This document shows positions 23,618 through 25,921 of a DNA stretch of 25,921 nucleotides, one piece after another. The notes beneath the pieces were generated by a model. It was not told where the DNA came from. It saw only the letters and a list, made by a program, of their open reading frames with translations, and searched no databases. The position numbers and the translations under genes are program-made. The number at the start of each line of letters is the position of its first letter. Position 1 is the first letter of the stretch. The stretch covers positions 1 through 25,921 of the IMG/VR virus record IMGVR_UViG_3300042466_001561; one strand, 5' to 3'. The DNA is from a virus (lineage: Duplodnaviria; Caudoviricetes).

Positions 23618-25519
23618 ATGCCAGATGACCAAACAATCGTAGAAGGCGATGCCGGATTCCTCGGCATGGCCTCCCGCTTGAACCCGCTGCAACTCCAGCC
23701 GGGCATGGTCCAATACGCCGAAAACATGCGCCTCGACCGAGGCGTGGCCCAGACCCGCAAAGGCGCGAAGCGGCTGGGTGATGGCATATCGGCAGGCACG
23801 CAGCCTCTCACTCTCCCATTTGTGCTGGATGCCAATGCCCGCGTGCGCACCATCTACTCGGGCGGCATCTTCGCCAGCGGCGTCTTCTCCTCGCCAAATT
23901 ACGACGATGAAAATGAATACATCGTCCTCTGCGGGCCGACCTCGGCTTTTCTCTACCGGCAGGATGAGCCTATCGAAGAGATCAACTATCCCGCCACCGG
24001 CACAGCATCCGACGAGATCATCGAGCCCACGGACAGCGTTTCGACGCTACAGGCTTTCAACCGTTTCTACCTCCTGCGCGAGGCCGACATGACGCTCCCT
24101 GGCTGGGATTGGAAATACACCACCGCCAGCGGCATCGCAGTCTCTGGCACCACGGCCACCGTCCACATCACCGCCCATGGCCTCGCTGCTGGCCAGCGGG
24201 TGCGGATCGAGGAGGGGAGCCAAGCGGCATTCCAAGGGCATGAGTATGACATCCTCACCGCTACGGCCAATTCCTTCACCATTGCCGTGCCCGCTGGCAC
24301 AGCGCCGGATGTCTCCGCCGACATCGCAATCCGCCGCGTCAAAGCCCCGCTCTGGTGGGATGGCTCGACGATGGAGTTTCAACGCGCCGCCTCGGGCGTG
24401 CCTGCCGAGGGCGTGACCTTCAAGACCCTGCGATCCACCGGCTGGGCCAGCTATATCGGAAACAGACTCTGGATCCCCGATGGCCGCGACACCGTGGCCA
24501 TCTCGGATGTTCTCGACCCAGACCTCTACGATCCATTTTTCCAAAGTTTCCGCGCCAACCAGGGTAGCAACGACTACCTCGTCGCCATTCACCCCTGGGT
24601 GGAGGGGCAGGCCCTCGTCTTCATGCGGAACAGCATCTGGCTCGCCAATCTCTCCGACACCAGCAACGCCACCGGCACAGATTTCACGGTGGACTCTGCC
24701 GTTTCCAAGTTAACGCTCTTGACGGATGAAATCGGCTGCGTGGCCCGCCGCTCGATCCAGACAGCAGGGCAGTTTGTTTTCTTTCTCTCCGACGCCGGAG
24801 TTTACCGCCTCGACACCCAGCTCGACCTCAAGCTTCGCGCTAACACCCAGCCGCTCTCGGACCCCATCGCCGACCAGATCGACGAGATCAACACCGACTA
24901 CGCGCACCTTGCCGTGGGCAAGTGGTGGAACAACCGCTATTACCTCGCTGTGCCAATCGGCGAAAACGCCACGGCCAACAATACGCTCTTCCTGTGGAAC
25001 GCGCTGAACGCTCAATGGGAATCCCGCGACACCTACGCCATCAACCTCGACGAGCTACTGGTCGCCGCCTACTCCAGCCAACGCCGCCTCTTTGCAGCGA
25101 GCCGCGCCGGAACCCTCTTCCTGCTCGATGAACTCGACTACGGCGACGAAGTGCCCTACGCGAACGCGCAAGACCTCTACACCGAAATCCCCTCCGAACT
25201 CATTACCCGCCGCTACGGCTGGGGAAGCCTCAATGCCAAGCGCCTCACGCGAGCCAAAGCCAGCGTGCTCCTGCCGGACGCCTCCGCCTGCACGCTCGAT
25301 GCCGTGACGACTGACTACGATGCGGACTTTCAAGTCGCCTCCCTGGAGAACACCACCGGCGAGGAGGAAGATTACACGCTCAAAGCCCCCCTGCGCTGCA
25401 AAGCCACCGGCCTCGACCTCCGCTTCCGCACACAAAGCGGCCGCCCCATCCTCCGCCAGATCAGCGCCGAAGCCACCCGCTCCGCCCTCGACCCCACCGA
25501 AACCCGCACCCTCAACTAA
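23618..25519 (+). CDS. tail nozzle / tail tubular protein B-like (P22 gp10-type beta-propeller)
   Basis: F.GM.SRL.P..L..G....AENMRL..G....RKG start, IGCVARRSI..G..VFFLSDAGVY..L and PLSDPI motifs; 633 aa. Confidence 0.75.
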   Translation: MPDDQTIVEGDAGFLGMASRLNPLQLQPGMVQYAENMRLDRGVAQTRKGAKRLGDGISAGTQPLTLPFVLDANARVRTIYSGGIFASGVFSSPNYDDENEYIVLCGPTSAFLYRQDEPIEEINYPATGTASDEIIEPTDSVSTLQAFNRFYLLREADMTLPGWDWKYTTASGIAVSGTTATVHITAHGLAAGQRVRIEEGSQAAFQGHEYDILTATANSFTIAVPAGTAPDVSADIAIRRVKAPLWWDGSTMEFQRAASGVPAEGVTFKTLRSTGWASYIGNRLWIPDGRDTVAISDVLDPDLYDPFFQSFRANQGSNDYLVAIHPWVEGQALVFMRNSIWLANLSDTSNATGTDFTVDSAVSKLTLLTDEIGCVARRSIQTAGQFVFFLSDAGVYRLDTQLDLKLRANTQPLSDPIADQIDEINTDYAHLAVGKWWNNRYYLAVPIGENATANNTLFLWNALNAQWESRDTYAINLDELLVAAYSSQRRLFAASRAGTLFLLDELDYGDEVPYANAQDLYTEIPSELITRRYGWGSLNAKRLTRAKASVLLPDASACTLDAVTTDYDADFQVASLENTTGEEEDYTLKAPLRCKATGLDLRFRTQSGRPILRQISAEATRSALDPTETRTLN

Positions 25520-25521
25520 CC

Positions 25522-25921
25522 ATGGCAACTCTCACCAAAGGCAAAACCTTCACCAACGGCGAACTCGTTACCCCTGCCAACCTCCACCAGATGGTGGACT
25601 CCGCCACCGTCGCCAACATTGTCAACGCCGACATCGCCGCAAATGCCGCCATCGCCGACACGAAGCTCGCCACCATTTCCACGGCAAACAAAGTCGCGCA
25701 ATCTGCCGTAACCAATCTCACCACCGACCTGGCTGGGAAAGCAGCGTCCATACACCAGCACGCTATTGCGGATACGATTGGCTTACAGACGGCTCTCGAC
25801 GGCAAAGCGGCTGCAAGCCACAACCACGACGACCGTTACTACACAGAGTCGGAGATGAATACTCTGTTGGCAGGCAAGCAAGCGTCTGGAAGCTATGCAC
25901 CTGCCAGCGGCATCGCGCCAA
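25522..25921 (+). CDS. tail fibre protein, 3'-truncated (absent from the ORF track)
   Basis: Hand translation MATLTKGKTFTNGELVTPANLHQMVD..IVNADIAANAAIADTKLA..HQHAIADTIGLQTALDGKAAASHNHDDRYYTESE; HxH tail-fibre repeats; open to the window end. Confidence 0.75.
   Translation, partial: MATLTKGKTFTNGELVTPANLHQMVDSATVANIVNADIAANAAIADTKLATISTANKVAQSAVTNLTTDLAGKAASIHQHAIADTIGLQTALDGKAAASHNHDDRYYTESEMNTLLAGKQASGSYAPASGIAP

Overview
The whole window is one co-oriented (+ strand) segment of a GC-rich tailed dsDNA phage genome, most likely with a podovirus-type (P22/SU10-like) virion. Order: recombination/replication module (Sak4-like ATPase [partial], Cas4-like PD-(D/E)xK nuclease, SSB, RuvC-like resolvase, short initiator with internal iterons, DnaB helicase); putative TerS; G-tract; repeat-bounded accessory cassette; TerL; scaffold; major capsid; portal; adaptor; fibre/decoration proteins; lysis cluster; metallophosphoesterase module; nozzle; tail fibre (partial). 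I saw no integrase, tRNA, rRNA or CRISPR array. Product calls come from motifs recognised by eye and from synteny; no database search was run. The most interesting signals are non-coding or sub-gene: an H-type pseudoknot in the SSB leader, an 18-bp 'ERDEAR' repeat/variable-spacer system plus repeated RBS-ATGA junctions that look like a cassette-shuffling locus, a TTGACA-N8-CAYAAT motif before two structural genes, 7-mer tandem arrays abutting SD-less start codons, and an L,D-transpeptidase-like lysin candidate.
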